Shown: piece by piece, positions 29,813 to 38,802 of the stretch
Position numbering within the stretch: the stretch's first letter is position 1
Layout: every line of letters begins with the position of its first letter
NCBI GenBank assembly: GCA_041571435.1
Contig: JBFFUI010000001.1
Span: forward strand, 32,001-96,000
DNA length: 64,000 nt
Direction of reading: 5' to 3'
Source: Sulfurimonadaceae bacterium
GTDB lineage: Bacteria; Campylobacterota; Campylobacteria; Campylobacterales; Sulfurimonadaceae
The notes under the pieces: generated by a model
Told to the model about the DNA's origin: nothing
Databases searched by the model: none
Seen by the model: the letters and a program-made list of their open reading frames with translations, nothing else
Made by a program: the position numbers and the translations under genes

Positions 29813-31759
29813 CTAGGCCATACACCTCTTGTCAACGACCACACGGTTTCTGCCGTCCGCCTTGGCCTCGTAGAGTGCCCGGTCCGCTTGCTTGAGCGTC
29901 TCTTTAAAATCTTCGCCTTCACAGTGACAGGCACCCCCGATACTGGCTGTCAAGTGGCCGACCTGCGGAAAGCTGTCGACACTGATATGCTTGCGTATCT
30001 TCTCCGCGATCTGCGTCACATTCTCGATCGAATCCACCATTGTCAACAGCAGGAACTCCTCGCCGCCCCAACGGATCAGGTAGTCCTCCTGACGCACGGT
30101 CTCACGGATGATCTCGACAAACCGCTTGAGCACCTCGTCACCGCTCGCATGGCCGTAGGTGTCGTTGACCCGTTTGAAATAGTCGATATCCAGCATGACA
30201 ACACCCAGCTTTTTCCCTTTTGCCTTGACGGCAAGCTCGATGGCATTCAGGTTTGTCTCCAAAAACTCACGGTTGTAAGCGTCGGTCAGCTTGTCGCGGG
30301 AGGCTCTCTCTTCCAGTTTTGCCTGCTGGCTGATCGTCAGACTGATGTCGGTGAAGGTCGCAATGTAGTTGTGTTCGCCGACATGGTTGATGGCCACGGT
30401 AAAAATATGTTTTGAACCTTTTCTGTTCGTCATGGCAACGATGCGCTGCGTTGCCGGCAGCGCGCAGAGCGCGTCAATCCAGCTTTGCCCCTTTGGCACT
30501 TTGCCGAGATGAAAATAGCGTTCGTCTTCGATAAAGAGCTCGCGAATGCTGTCATGCTCCTCCTGAAACGCTGAGAGCGAGGGATAACCGAAGGAGTCGA
30601 AGAAGAGCTTGTTGGCGTACTCTATATGTTGACCGTCGGTCAGTACGACGATGTTCTTTTGCAGCTCCAAAAGGTTGTGAAGACGCTGACGTTCCGACTC
30701 TATCTTGTATTTTTGGTCATCAAAACGGCACAACAGATAGAACAGCAGTCCCAGCAGTGCCGTACCGCCAATGATCAAGAATATCGGACGGCTCGCGACA
30801 TACTGGATGTCCTTGTGCTTTCTGTTGAGAATGATGTAGCCTATCGTCTCTTTCGTGACCGCATTGACAAGCGGCAAAAAGGTCAAAATATGAAAACTTT
30901 TGCTTCCCGGTTCGATAAAGCTGTAGGGTTCGTCGCCGAGCAGCTTTTGCTGTGCCTCCCCGTGCGACTCCATGTATTTGCCTATCAGCCTGTTCGTCTC
31001 GGGATTGCGCAGCGACAGGATCTCCCGCTCGTTCATAAAACCGTCGAAGACCTCACAGGGCATGTAGTTCTGTTGTTCGTTCGAAAAGACCTTCCTCTCG
31101 ACGACATCTTTTCGGATGATAAAATCGACATCGGCCCGGGTGGCCTCGCGGAACTTCTCAAGAATTGTTTTGATGGAGACGGAGAGCTCCACGCTGCCGA
31201 TCGGCTGCATGCCGTCGAACAGCGGGTAGACAAAACGGTAGCCGTTAAAGATACGCCCCTCTTCAAAACCCTCTATCGGTTGATGTGTACGATTGACGTA
31301 CGCCACCGTGCCCCGTATGTCGCTCAGGTTATCGCCGAACGTTTCCGGGCGGTGAAACCGCAGAAAGCTGTCGTTGTTTTTCAGGTGAAAGTGGAGCTGC
31401 TTGAGATGGTTAAGCTGAATGTTCTCATAGACCGGCAGCAGTCTGTTGTAGAGCTGCTCGCGGATCTCTTGTTGGCGCTGAGGCGACGCGCTGGCGGCAT
31501 CGCGGTAGAGAGAGATGATCTCCGGCACCTGGATCCGGTTGTAAAAGACGATGTCCGACTGCGATTTCAAGGCACTTACGATGATGCTGAACGCCGTCGA
31601 CATCATCTCCTTTTCCGCATTGAGCTGTTCGCTGAGACGCTCTTCACGCAGTCTTAGCAGCAGGACAATAAACGTTACGGCAGTGATCATAAAAAAGAAC
31701 ATGTATTTAACAAAAAGCTTCTTTTTTATACTGTCACTGCGTTTCGTTTTTGCTGTCAT
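29813..31759 (-). CDS. Membrane sensor diguanylate cyclase (Cache-like periplasmic domain, PAS-like domain, GGDEF)
   Basis: Two TMs around QLHFH...SFLRFHRP...GDNL; DKLTDAYNR, DIDYFKRVND, RWGGEEF, ADRALYEAK. Confidence 0.9.
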   Translation of the reverse strand: MTAKTKRSDSIKKKLFVKYMFFFMITAVTFIVLLLRLREERLSEQLNAEKEMMSTAFSIIVSALKSQSDIVFYNRIQVPEIISLYRDAASASPQRQQEIREQLYNRLLPVYENIQLNHLKQLHFHLKNNDSFLRFHRPETFGDNLSDIRGTVAYVNRTHQPIEGFEEGRIFNGYRFVYPLFDGMQPIGSVELSVSIKTILEKFREATRADVDFIIRKDVVERKVFSNEQQNYMPCEVFDGFMNEREILSLRNPETNRLIGKYMESHGEAQQKLLGDEPYSFIEPGSKSFHILTFLPLVNAVTKETIGYIILNRKHKDIQYVASRPIFLIIGGTALLGLLFYLLCRFDDQKYKIESERQRLHNLLELQKNIVVLTDGQHIEYANKLFFDSFGYPSLSAFQEEHDSIRELFIEDERYFHLGKVPKGQSWIDALCALPATQRIVAMTNRKGSKHIFTVAINHVGEHNYIATFTDISLTISQQAKLEERASRDKLTDAYNREFLETNLNAIELAVKAKGKKLGVVMLDIDYFKRVNDTYGHASGDEVLKRFVEIIRETVRQEDYLIRWGGEEFLLLTMVDSIENVTQIAEKIRKHISVDSFPQVGHLTASIGGACHCEGEDFKETLKQADRALYEAKADGRNRVVVDKRCMA

Positions 31760-31987
31760 ATCAGACAGTGTCCTGTTGTCGAACGATCATTTATCCTTCT
31801 CGCCTGTCGCTGTTGGCGCCTGCATAAAATGCATCACCGGACGACAGTTATAACTATGGTTCTATAGTATTAGTGTACACAAAATCAGGGAGAATCGGCT
31901 CTCTATCATTGACCTATAATCAAAAGTTAAGACATCTGTTACATTTTAGTAGTATCATAATAGTAGACCTACCTATGGGAGAAGATC

Positions 31988-32122
31988 ATGGAACCGAATT
32001 TCGAAGACATGGACGACTACAAAAAACCGCTGAGCGAGAAGAAGATAAAGCTGATCGTCCTTGCCTTTGTCATTGCGCTGGCAGTCTACGCCATCTATGC
32101 AGTGGTAATGGGCGGATTCTAA
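31988..32122 (+). CDS. 44-aa single-TM small protein
   Basis: GGAGA RBS; MEPNFEDMDDYKKPLSEKKIKLIVLAFVIALAVYAIYAVVMGGF*; below the ORF-track cutoff. Confidence 0.65.
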   Translation: MEPNFEDMDDYKKPLSEKKIKLIVLAFVIALAVYAIYAVVMGGF

Positions 32123-32167
32123 AAGAGCATCAGCACCTTGCCTGTACAGTGATAAAAGGAGGATAAG

Positions 32168-32947
32168 ATGATGAGTACCACTCTGAAAATGACGGCGATC
32201 GCAGCCATGCTCTGCGGCGGCACCCTCTATGCGGATGCCTTTCATGCCGGTAAAAAAGAGAGCGCTTCGCAGCAAAGCGAGAGCCGAAAAAGCAGCGGTT
32301 TTGAACGCAGCCAACGCAGCGATAGCGTTCTGCAGCGTTCGAAAACGCGCCGAAAAACGGCCTCGGAACCGTTCGTGCGTACCGACAAAGTCCCTAAGGC
32401 TAAAACGACAAAACCGCCAAAGACGACAACAAGAGTACCGCAGCAAAAAGAGCTGAGAGCTGCCAAGAAGACGCACAAGTGGGTACCGCCGGCTACGAAA
32501 CCCCTGCCGTACTACCACCGTCCCGGCTACACCATCCACACTATCCCTAAAGTGGCGGTGACCGTGACGCTGGGCAGCCTCGTCTACTACTACGCCGACG
32601 GTATCTACTACCGCCGTCATGACAGCGGCTACATCGTTATCGTACCGCCGATCGGGCTGATCGTACCGGTTCTGCCGCTGGGCTACACGGTGTTTCATTT
32701 CTACGGCGGCACCTACTATTACTATGCCGGGGTCTACTATGTCTGGGACATCGATCACCGCGCCTACCGTGTCGTGGATCTTCCCGATGAGTACATAGAG
32801 TACGAGCCCGGCGACATCATCGACAAGCTGCCCGACGGTGCCTACACTGTCACCATAGACGGCGTGCAGTACTACCGCTACGGTGGCGTCTATTTTCTGC
32901 AGTCCATACAGGGTGAGCGCGTCGTCTACGTCGTCGTCACCCCGTGA
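32168..32947 (+). CDS. Secreted Tyr-rich protein (DUF6515-like)
   Basis: Signal peptide, basic low-complexity linker, repeated YYY..G.YY / PP.G..V..LP motifs; AGGAGG RBS. Confidence 0.7.
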   Translation: MMSTTLKMTAIAAMLCGGTLYADAFHAGKKESASQQSESRKSSGFERSQRSDSVLQRSKTRRKTASEPFVRTDKVPKAKTTKPPKTTTRVPQQKELRAAKKTHKWVPPATKPLPYYHRPGYTIHTIPKVAVTVTLGSLVYYYADGIYYRRHDSGYIVIVPPIGLIVPVLPLGYTVFHFYGGTYYYYAGVYYVWDIDHRAYRVVDLPDEYIEYEPGDIIDKLPDGAYTVTIDGVQYYRYGGVYFLQSIQGERVVYVVVTP

Positions 32948-33101
32948 CGCTGCTAGCGACAAAGAGAAGAGCCCGAAGTGAACACCGAGGCAGAAGAGGA
33001 AGATAAGTCAAAATACCATTTCGGTGCACGCGGGCACTAATCTCTTCTGACATTCGTACATAATATGCATTGAAGAGGGCATCTTACAACAAAGAGTCTA
33101 G

Positions 33102-33251
33102 ATGTCTGACAACCTTCACCTCAACGTCATTTCGATGGACGAAAAACATGATGCCTTTCTGGTACTGCTGGAGGCGGTCCGCACAAGCAACGCGGATACC
33201 TTTTTGTCCCTTTTAACTCCGCTTCTTTTTCTTTATTCTTTACACTTTTGA
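33102..33251 (+). pseudogene. Possible truncated hemerythrin-like gene
   Basis: MSDNLHLNVISMDEKHDAFLVLLEAV...TFLSL resembles hemerythrin helix 1 (xMDxxHxxF), then runs into T-rich non-coding-like sequence. Confidence 0.45.
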
Positions 33252-33262
33252 TTACTGTGAGA

Positions 33263-34360
33263 CTAAAAACGTTTCGTTTCTATCCCGAGCGCCTCACCTA
33301 CAGCCACATTGTGAAGCACCCCATCATAGGTATTTAAAGCCGAGACCATGACAGGCAGTTCATGACAGATGGCCTCTGCACCGTGTTGAGCCAGCGCCTT
33401 GACATACGGCAGGGTCGCGTTGGTCAGGGCATAGGTCGATGTTCTCGGATAGGCCCCCGGCATGTTTGCGACACAGTAGTGGACAACACCCTCTTCGACG
33501 AAAGTCGGTTCAGAGTGTGTCGTCGCATGCGAGCTCTCAAAGCAGCCGCCCTGGTCGATGGAGACATCCACAAGAACACTCCCCTTTTTCATCAGTTTAA
33601 GCATCTCTCTGATGACAAGTTTTGGCGCTTTGGCACCGGGTATCAGTACCGTTCCGACGACAAAATCGCACTCCGGCAGCAGCTTGGCGATCGAACCGGC
33701 CGAGCTGTACATTGTCGCAACATTGGCCGGCATGACATCGTTCAGATAACTCAGCCGTTCAAGATTGATGTCAAAAATCGTCACATCTGCACCCAGTCCC
33801 GCGGCCACCTCAGCGGCACACTTACCGGCCACCCCGCCGCCGAGCACCATCACTTTCGCACGTTCCGTTCCGACGACACCGCCGGCAAGCAGTCCAAGCC
33901 CGCCATGGTAACGGCCTAGATGCACACTCCCCATCAAAGAGGCCATCTTGCCAGCCACTTCGCTCATCGGCTCCAGCAGCGGCAGACGTCCCTTAACCGT
34001 CAGCGTCTCATACGAAAAGGCGCGTATCCCTTTTTTCAGTAAAAACCGTGTCTGCTTCTCATCGGCCGCCAGATGCAGGTAGGTGAAAAGTGTCTGATTG
34101 GGTTTGAAAAGCGCGTATTCAGACTCGATCGGCTCTTTGACCTTGACTATCATCTCTGAAAGCTCAAAGAGCTCTTCCGCCTCCAGCAGTATAGAAGCGC
34201 CCGCATCGACATACTCCCTGTCGCTAAAACCGCTTCCTTCACCCGCTCCGCTCTCCACATAGACGCTGTGGCCGGCTTTAATCAGCTCCGTCACACCGCT
34301 GGGTGTGATCGAAACCCTGTACTCATCTGTTTTGACCTCTTTTGGTACACCTATCAGCAT
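33263..34360 (-). CDS. ald: Alanine dehydrogenase
   Basis: IGVPKEVK..EYRV, KVKEP, FTYLHLAA, PMSEVAG, IDQGGCFE, YCVANMPG. Confidence 0.95.
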   Translation of the reverse strand: MLIGVPKEVKTDEYRVSITPSGVTELIKAGHSVYVESGAGEGSGFSDREYVDAGASILLEAEELFELSEMIVKVKEPIESEYALFKPNQTLFTYLHLAADEKQTRFLLKKGIRAFSYETLTVKGRLPLLEPMSEVAGKMASLMGSVHLGRYHGGLGLLAGGVVGTERAKVMVLGGGVAGKCAAEVAAGLGADVTIFDINLERLSYLNDVMPANVATMYSSAGSIAKLLPECDFVVGTVLIPGAKAPKLVIREMLKLMKKGSVLVDVSIDQGGCFESSHATTHSEPTFVEEGVVHYCVANMPGAYPRTSTYALTNATLPYVKALAQHGAEAICHELPVMVSALNTYDGVLHNVAVGEALGIETKRF

Positions 34361-34469
34361 TAGTTCTCCTTTCTTAAGAGACTACGAACGCTTTAAAACG
34401 CGGCAACCTCGCATTGCGCGAAACGAGCGTTACAGAGGCAGAGAGATCACACCCTCTGCGTCAGGTCGA

Positions 34470-34682
34470 TCAATAACTGCCTTCACTCATGGCGATGACA
34501 AAGTTGTCATCGACTTGGACGACATCGAATTCATGTTTGCCGCAAAAAGACTCATTGAGCTGTTGTGCCCATGCACGCGCGACGCGCAGTGCGTTTTCCT
34601 TGTCGTTGAACGTCTTGATCTGCGGCATGTTCTGACGTTTTGCACACCCACACATCTTCTCTACTACTACATGATATTCCAT
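34470..34682 (-). CDS. Small Cys/His protein (CxC...FCGxH), paralogue 1
   Basis: EKMCGCAK...FCGKHEFDVVQVDDNFVI. Confidence 0.8.
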   Translation of the reverse strand: MEYHVVVEKMCGCAKRQNMPQIKTFNDKENALRVARAWAQQLNESFCGKHEFDVVQVDDNFVIAMSEGSY

Positions 34683-34715
34683 AATGTCACCTTTTCTTTT
34701 TTAAATAGCATCGGT

Positions 34716-34804
34716 TAAACCCTATGCAGTCCCAGCATCAAAATCTTCTTATTGGATGAAATTAGTGTTGTGTATGGCATGTTGCTGAGACAGCATAGGG
34801 TTTA
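34716..34804. repeat. 89-bp element with 22-bp inverted arms
   Basis: taaaccctatgcagtcccagca versus reverse complement of the right arm taaaccctatgctgtctcagca (20/22); 45-nt spacer. Confidence 0.85.
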
Positions 34805-34899
34805 GCGCCTCTGTCTTCTGTTATGACAAATGCATGAAGTGTTCCCATCGGCCTCTAAAGCCCTGAAACAGGGGTGTTTAAAGAGATGGGAAAATGGTA

Positions 34900-35130
34900 T
34901 TAGATCTCACATGCCTCGACGAAGCCGCCCTCTTCGACAGAGATGACAAAATTGTCGTCCACCTCGACAATATCGAAGCCGTGTCTGCCGCAGAAATTGT
35001 TGTTGAGGGCATCCGCCCACTCGTACGCATGCTCCTCGGCATCCTCTTTTGTGTCAAATGTACGGATCTGTTCTGTCGCGTTTTTCTTGGCGCAGGCACA
35101 GAGCTTTTCAAGAACGATGTGGTGTGGCAC
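34900..35130 (-). CDS. Small Cys/His protein (CxC...FCGxH), paralogue 2
   Basis: EKLCACAK...FCGRHGFDIVEVDDNFVI; GTG start overlaps the upstream TAG. Confidence 0.8.
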   Translation of the reverse strand: MPHHIVLEKLCACAKKNATEQIRTFDTKEDAEEHAYEWADALNNNFCGRHGFDIVEVDDNFVISVEEGGFVEACEI

Positions 35131-35315
35131 TAGGAGAGCCTACTGTTTACAGAGATCAGGTAAAACTGGTCTTTGAGTTTGTTAAGCTGTTTGATGATCA
35201 GGTCATGGTGCTCATCGCTGAGAACGTAATGCTGCTCCATAAAATCGTACATCTTGTCGATGTTGGTGTACGTCTCTTTTAAAAGCTCTTCTTTGATCTT
35301 TGCTTCTACGCTCAT
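35130..35315 (-). CDS. 61-aa helical hypothetical protein
   Basis: AAGGAA RBS; translationally coupled to the downstream gene. Confidence 0.7.
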   Translation of the reverse strand: MSVEAKIKEELLKETYTNIDKMYDFMEQHYVLSDEHHDLIIKQLNKLKDQFYLISVNSRLS

Positions 35316-35377
35316 TGTCTATTCCTTCTGTAGTCTTGCCTCTCTATCTGCAAGATATATACCAGAGCGTGTATAGC

Positions 35378-36223
35378 TCAATGCCTGTCAAAAAGACGTT
35401 GCATCTTGGCAAGATCATGCTGCGTCGAATAAAGAGGTTTTGTAGACTCCCGGCGCAGGCGCTTTTCAAAAGTCGTGCCAACGTTTTTATAAAAGAGCCC
35501 CAGTGGCATCGGCAGGGTCTCCAGCGCTTTTTGCATCGCCGCCGCCCGGTCGTTTGTGTCATGCGATGCATCCAGCCGGTACGTGTTCTCCTTGAACCAT
35601 CGATAGGTATTGACCTTGTTAAAGGTGACACAAGGCTGAAAAATATCGACCAGCGCATACCCGGGATGCAAAAATGCGGCTTTAAGCACCTCTTTCGCGT
35701 AGGCGCCGTCACCGACATTGACTCTGGAGACAAAACCGGCCTTGAGTGCCAATGCAACGGCGATCGGGTTGAAGGGTTCGTTCCCCACCCCGTCGACCTG
35801 TACCGCTGTCGTGAACCCCGGCTGGCTTGTCGGCGATGCCTGTCCTTTGGTGAGGCCGTAGACCATATTGTTATGAACGATATGGACAATGTTGACATTG
35901 CGCCGTATAGCGTGCAGGAAATGGTTTCCGCCCTCTCCGTACATGTCGCCGTCTCCGCCTTCAGCGACGACGGTCAGCTGCGGGTTGGCCGTTTTGACAG
36001 CCGTTGCGATGGGCACGGCCCTGCCATGAAGGACGCCGAACATATGGGTATCGATATAGTAAGGTGTCTTGGCAGCCTGCCCGATGCCGGAGACGATGAC
36101 CGTGTTGTTTTTGTCTACCTGCAGCTCCTCCAAAACCTCTTTGATCAGTTTCAAGATACCGAAGTTTCCACAACCCGGGCACCATGCGACATCGACGTTT
36201 TCGCGATCAAACGGATGGTTCAT
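35378..36223 (-). CDS. 2-oxoacid:ferredoxin oxidoreductase beta subunit (TPP-binding)
   Basis: WCPGCG, LHGRA, GGDGD, NNMVYGLTKGQASPT, IFQPCVTFN; ATGA overlap with alpha. Confidence 0.92.
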   Translation of the reverse strand: MNHPFDRENVDVAWCPGCGNFGILKLIKEVLEELQVDKNNTVIVSGIGQAAKTPYYIDTHMFGVLHGRAVPIATAVKTANPQLTVVAEGGDGDMYGEGGNHFLHAIRRNVNIVHIVHNNMVYGLTKGQASPTSQPGFTTAVQVDGVGNEPFNPIAVALALKAGFVSRVNVGDGAYAKEVLKAAFLHPGYALVDIFQPCVTFNKVNTYRWFKENTYRLDASHDTNDRAAAMQKALETLPMPLGLFYKNVGTTFEKRLRRESTKPLYSTQHDLAKMQRLFDRH

Positions 36224-38745
36224 GACAACTCCTTTAGCGATTTCTCTATCATACCGGTCAACTCGTCAGCAAAGAAACTGAACCCGTTGGACTGCAGGAT
36301 CCTCTCGTCTACCGTTATGTCGTGAAGCCTGAGCTGATCGCCAAAAGCGCCATCGGCACTGTTCTCGACGACAATCTTGTGTTTGTACGATTTCAAAACG
36401 CTCAGCTGCGCAGCGCTGAGCGGGTGGACCCAGGCAAAGTGGACCTGGACCAGACGCGGATCGTCCAGTCTATCCAGCGCTTCGGCGATAGCGCCTTTGG
36501 TCGAACCCCAGCCGATGACGGCAATCTCTCCGTCACCCTTGCAGACAGGCAAGACAGCCTCATTGAGGATCCCTTCATTTTTACGTGCACGTTTGGCTAC
36601 CATCTGATCCCGAATCTTGTAATCTTCGGTGATCTGCCCGCGTTCGTCATGTTCGTCACTGACGGCACAGATCAGCCCCTCGCCGAAACCCGGAACCGCT
36701 CTCGGGCTGACGCCGCTTACGGTGTCGCTGTAGCGCGCATACTCTTGTGTGCTTTTTACGATGTATCTGCGCTGTTCGTATGCGGAGAAATCGACATTGG
36801 CTGTCATCATAACGGTGTCTGCCAGGTACTGGTCACTCAAGACGATGACCGGGACCTGATATCGGTCGGCGAGTTCAAAAGCCAGATACCCGTAGTCGAT
36901 GCACTCCTGCAGCGAACCGGGGGCAAGGATCACACGGGGGAAGGGACCGTGTCCCGAGTAAAGTGCCATGTTCAGATCGCCCTGCTCGCTTCGTGTCGGC
37001 AGTCCAGTTGCAGGTCCGGGACGCTGCGCAAGATAGATGACGGCGGGCGTCTCTGTCATACCGCTGAGGCTCAATGCCTCACCCATCAGTGCAAAACCGC
37101 CGCCGGAGGTCGTTGTCATCGCACGTGCCCCTGCATACCATGCGCCCAGCACCATCGTCAACGAGGCGATCTCGTCTTCGCTCTGCTCGACGGCGATCTC
37201 AAACTCTTTTGACATCGCTGCCATAAAGTTTAATACACCGGTCGAGGGCGACATCGGGTAGGCGGTGACCATATTGCAGCCGCCGGATAAAAAGCCGAAG
37301 CCCGAAGCGGTCGTACCGTCCATGAGATGCAGCTTTTCCACCTCTTCAGGATGCGCCTCCGGCAGTGCGGGCAGCGTTGCAAAAGAGAGTCTCTCTCCCT
37401 CTTCAAGACCCGCCTCTGCCGCCTCTATGTTCGCAGGCTCCTCTTTGAAACGATCGCCGATACTGTGCAACAGGTGCTCCCCTTCCATCTTCAACAATCC
37501 GAACAGAAGACCTGCCACATAGGTGTTGGCATAACGGGCACTGCCGAGTTTCTGCACCGTGGCATGCATCGCAATCGCCTTGGCATCGGCATCACGGTCT
37601 GCAAAAGCCTCGTCTGTCAAAATTACGGTTGTTTCCGTGCATCGCCACTTTGCATGTTCCAAAGCCGCTGCATCAATGGCGATAAAAATATCGACCTCCC
37701 TGCAGGGCGCATTCACAGGCCTATTCGAGACCCTGAACAGCACCGTATTGCTGCCGCCCCGCACCCGTGACATAAACTCTTTTGTTGAAAAGGTGTAGTA
37801 ACCGCTCTGTTTAAAGGCATCATTGAGAAGCTTCTCAATCGTATCGATACCGGTTCCCGCCGCCCCGCCGATCAGAATCGCCATACTTTTCTGCTGACCC
37901 GTTCTGACGGTCTTCTCTGCTGCGCTAGAAAATTTTACAGGCGGTTCCGTCGACGGCGTGAGAAACGGTACCGCATAGTTTGCGTGCTCTGGCAGTTTCT
38001 CCGAAACAGGGGCTAAAGGTTCCGGCCTTTCGGAGTACGCATGCTCGACTTCAGGTTCCGGTTCCTCCCCCCAGGTGATCTTCCCGCCGTAATAGCCCAG
38101 AACAATGACAGTGGCACCGGTGAAGAGAACAATGCCATGGTATACGATACCTTCAAATATGGGTTCATATACGATCGAGGGATTTTCGAGGTAAAGAGTA
38201 ATACCGACGACACCCAGCAACAGCGTCAGTGTCGCGACGATCAGCTTGACAACAAAAGGACGGCTCATAGAGAGGTCGTAATTGATCCACCAGCTTAACA
38301 TTCCCGGGATCATTGCAAAAAAGCCCATGACCGTGGCCACGAAAAAGGCATAGAAGACACCGACGGCATAGGCATCTTTAGGAAGCGCAAAAAAAAGAAG
38401 ATCCAATCCCGCCGCAAAGATATGCAGCGCGATCGGAAAGTGGACAAGCATCGGATGGGGGTGGTATTTTCGATAAAGCAGCCTCAGCTTCGCTTTATAC
38501 CGCTCCATTGAAGCGGACGCCTCCTCTTCCAATACGGCAACGACCTTGAACTTCCTGAAGACCTCATCGCCGTGTGGTGCAGCGGCCAGCATCGACGTCA
38601 AATCCTGCCCTGCGCGGTGTATTTTCTGATGCTCGCCGTTTTTCCAGAGAGGGCTCTCTGTGACATCGTAGACTTTGCCTTTGTAAGCGACGTAGGCTTT
38701 CGCCCCGTCACGGCCGTCGTAACGCTTTAGTTCACCAGGTGTCAT
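36220..38745 (-). CDS. Fusion: cytochrome b5-like domain + DUF2231-like 4-TM domain + 2-oxoacid:acceptor oxidoreductase alpha subunit
   Basis: aa1-75 GKVYDVT...HRAGQDLT...APHG; aa~95-226 HPMLVHFPIAL...GYYGG; from aa288 IGGAAGTG, SRVRGG, YPMSP, EDEIAS, TTTSGGGF, QRPGPATGLPT. One uninterrupted frame. Confidence 0.88.
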   Translation of the reverse strand: MTPGELKRYDGRDGAKAYVAYKGKVYDVTESPLWKNGEHQKIHRAGQDLTSMLAAAPHGDEVFRKFKVVAVLEEEASASMERYKAKLRLLYRKYHPHPMLVHFPIALHIFAAGLDLLFFALPKDAYAVGVFYAFFVATVMGFFAMIPGMLSWWINYDLSMSRPFVVKLIVATLTLLLGVVGITLYLENPSIVYEPIFEGIVYHGIVLFTGATVIVLGYYGGKITWGEEPEPEVEHAYSERPEPLAPVSEKLPEHANYAVPFLTPSTEPPVKFSSAAEKTVRTGQQKSMAILIGGAAGTGIDTIEKLLNDAFKQSGYYTFSTKEFMSRVRGGSNTVLFRVSNRPVNAPCREVDIFIAIDAAALEHAKWRCTETTVILTDEAFADRDADAKAIAMHATVQKLGSARYANTYVAGLLFGLLKMEGEHLLHSIGDRFKEEPANIEAAEAGLEEGERLSFATLPALPEAHPEEVEKLHLMDGTTASGFGFLSGGCNMVTAYPMSPSTGVLNFMAAMSKEFEIAVEQSEDEIASLTMVLGAWYAGARAMTTTSGGGFALMGEALSLSGMTETPAVIYLAQRPGPATGLPTRSEQGDLNMALYSGHGPFPRVILAPGSLQECIDYGYLAFELADRYQVPVIVLSDQYLADTVMMTANVDFSAYEQRRYIVKSTQEYARYSDTVSGVSPRAVPGFGEGLICAVSDEHDERGQITEDYKIRDQMVAKRARKNEGILNEAVLPVCKGDGEIAVIGWGSTKGAIAEALDRLDDPRLVQVHFAWVHPLSAAQLSVLKSYKHKIVVENSADGAFGDQLRLHDITVDERILQSNGFSFFADELTGMIEKSLKELS

Positions 38746-38802
38746 CGCCTTCTCCTTCTGGTCAGAACGGGGATGGAAATCGTGCGTAAAACGTGCAGAA
38801 CG

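Noticed and set aside
31973-32962. 329-aa minus-strand ORF
   Set aside because: Antisense shadow of the Tyr-rich plus-strand gene, which has an RBS and signal peptide. The same applies to other long antisense ORFs such as 26238-27218, 27525-28289, 30626-31657 and 36322-37212.
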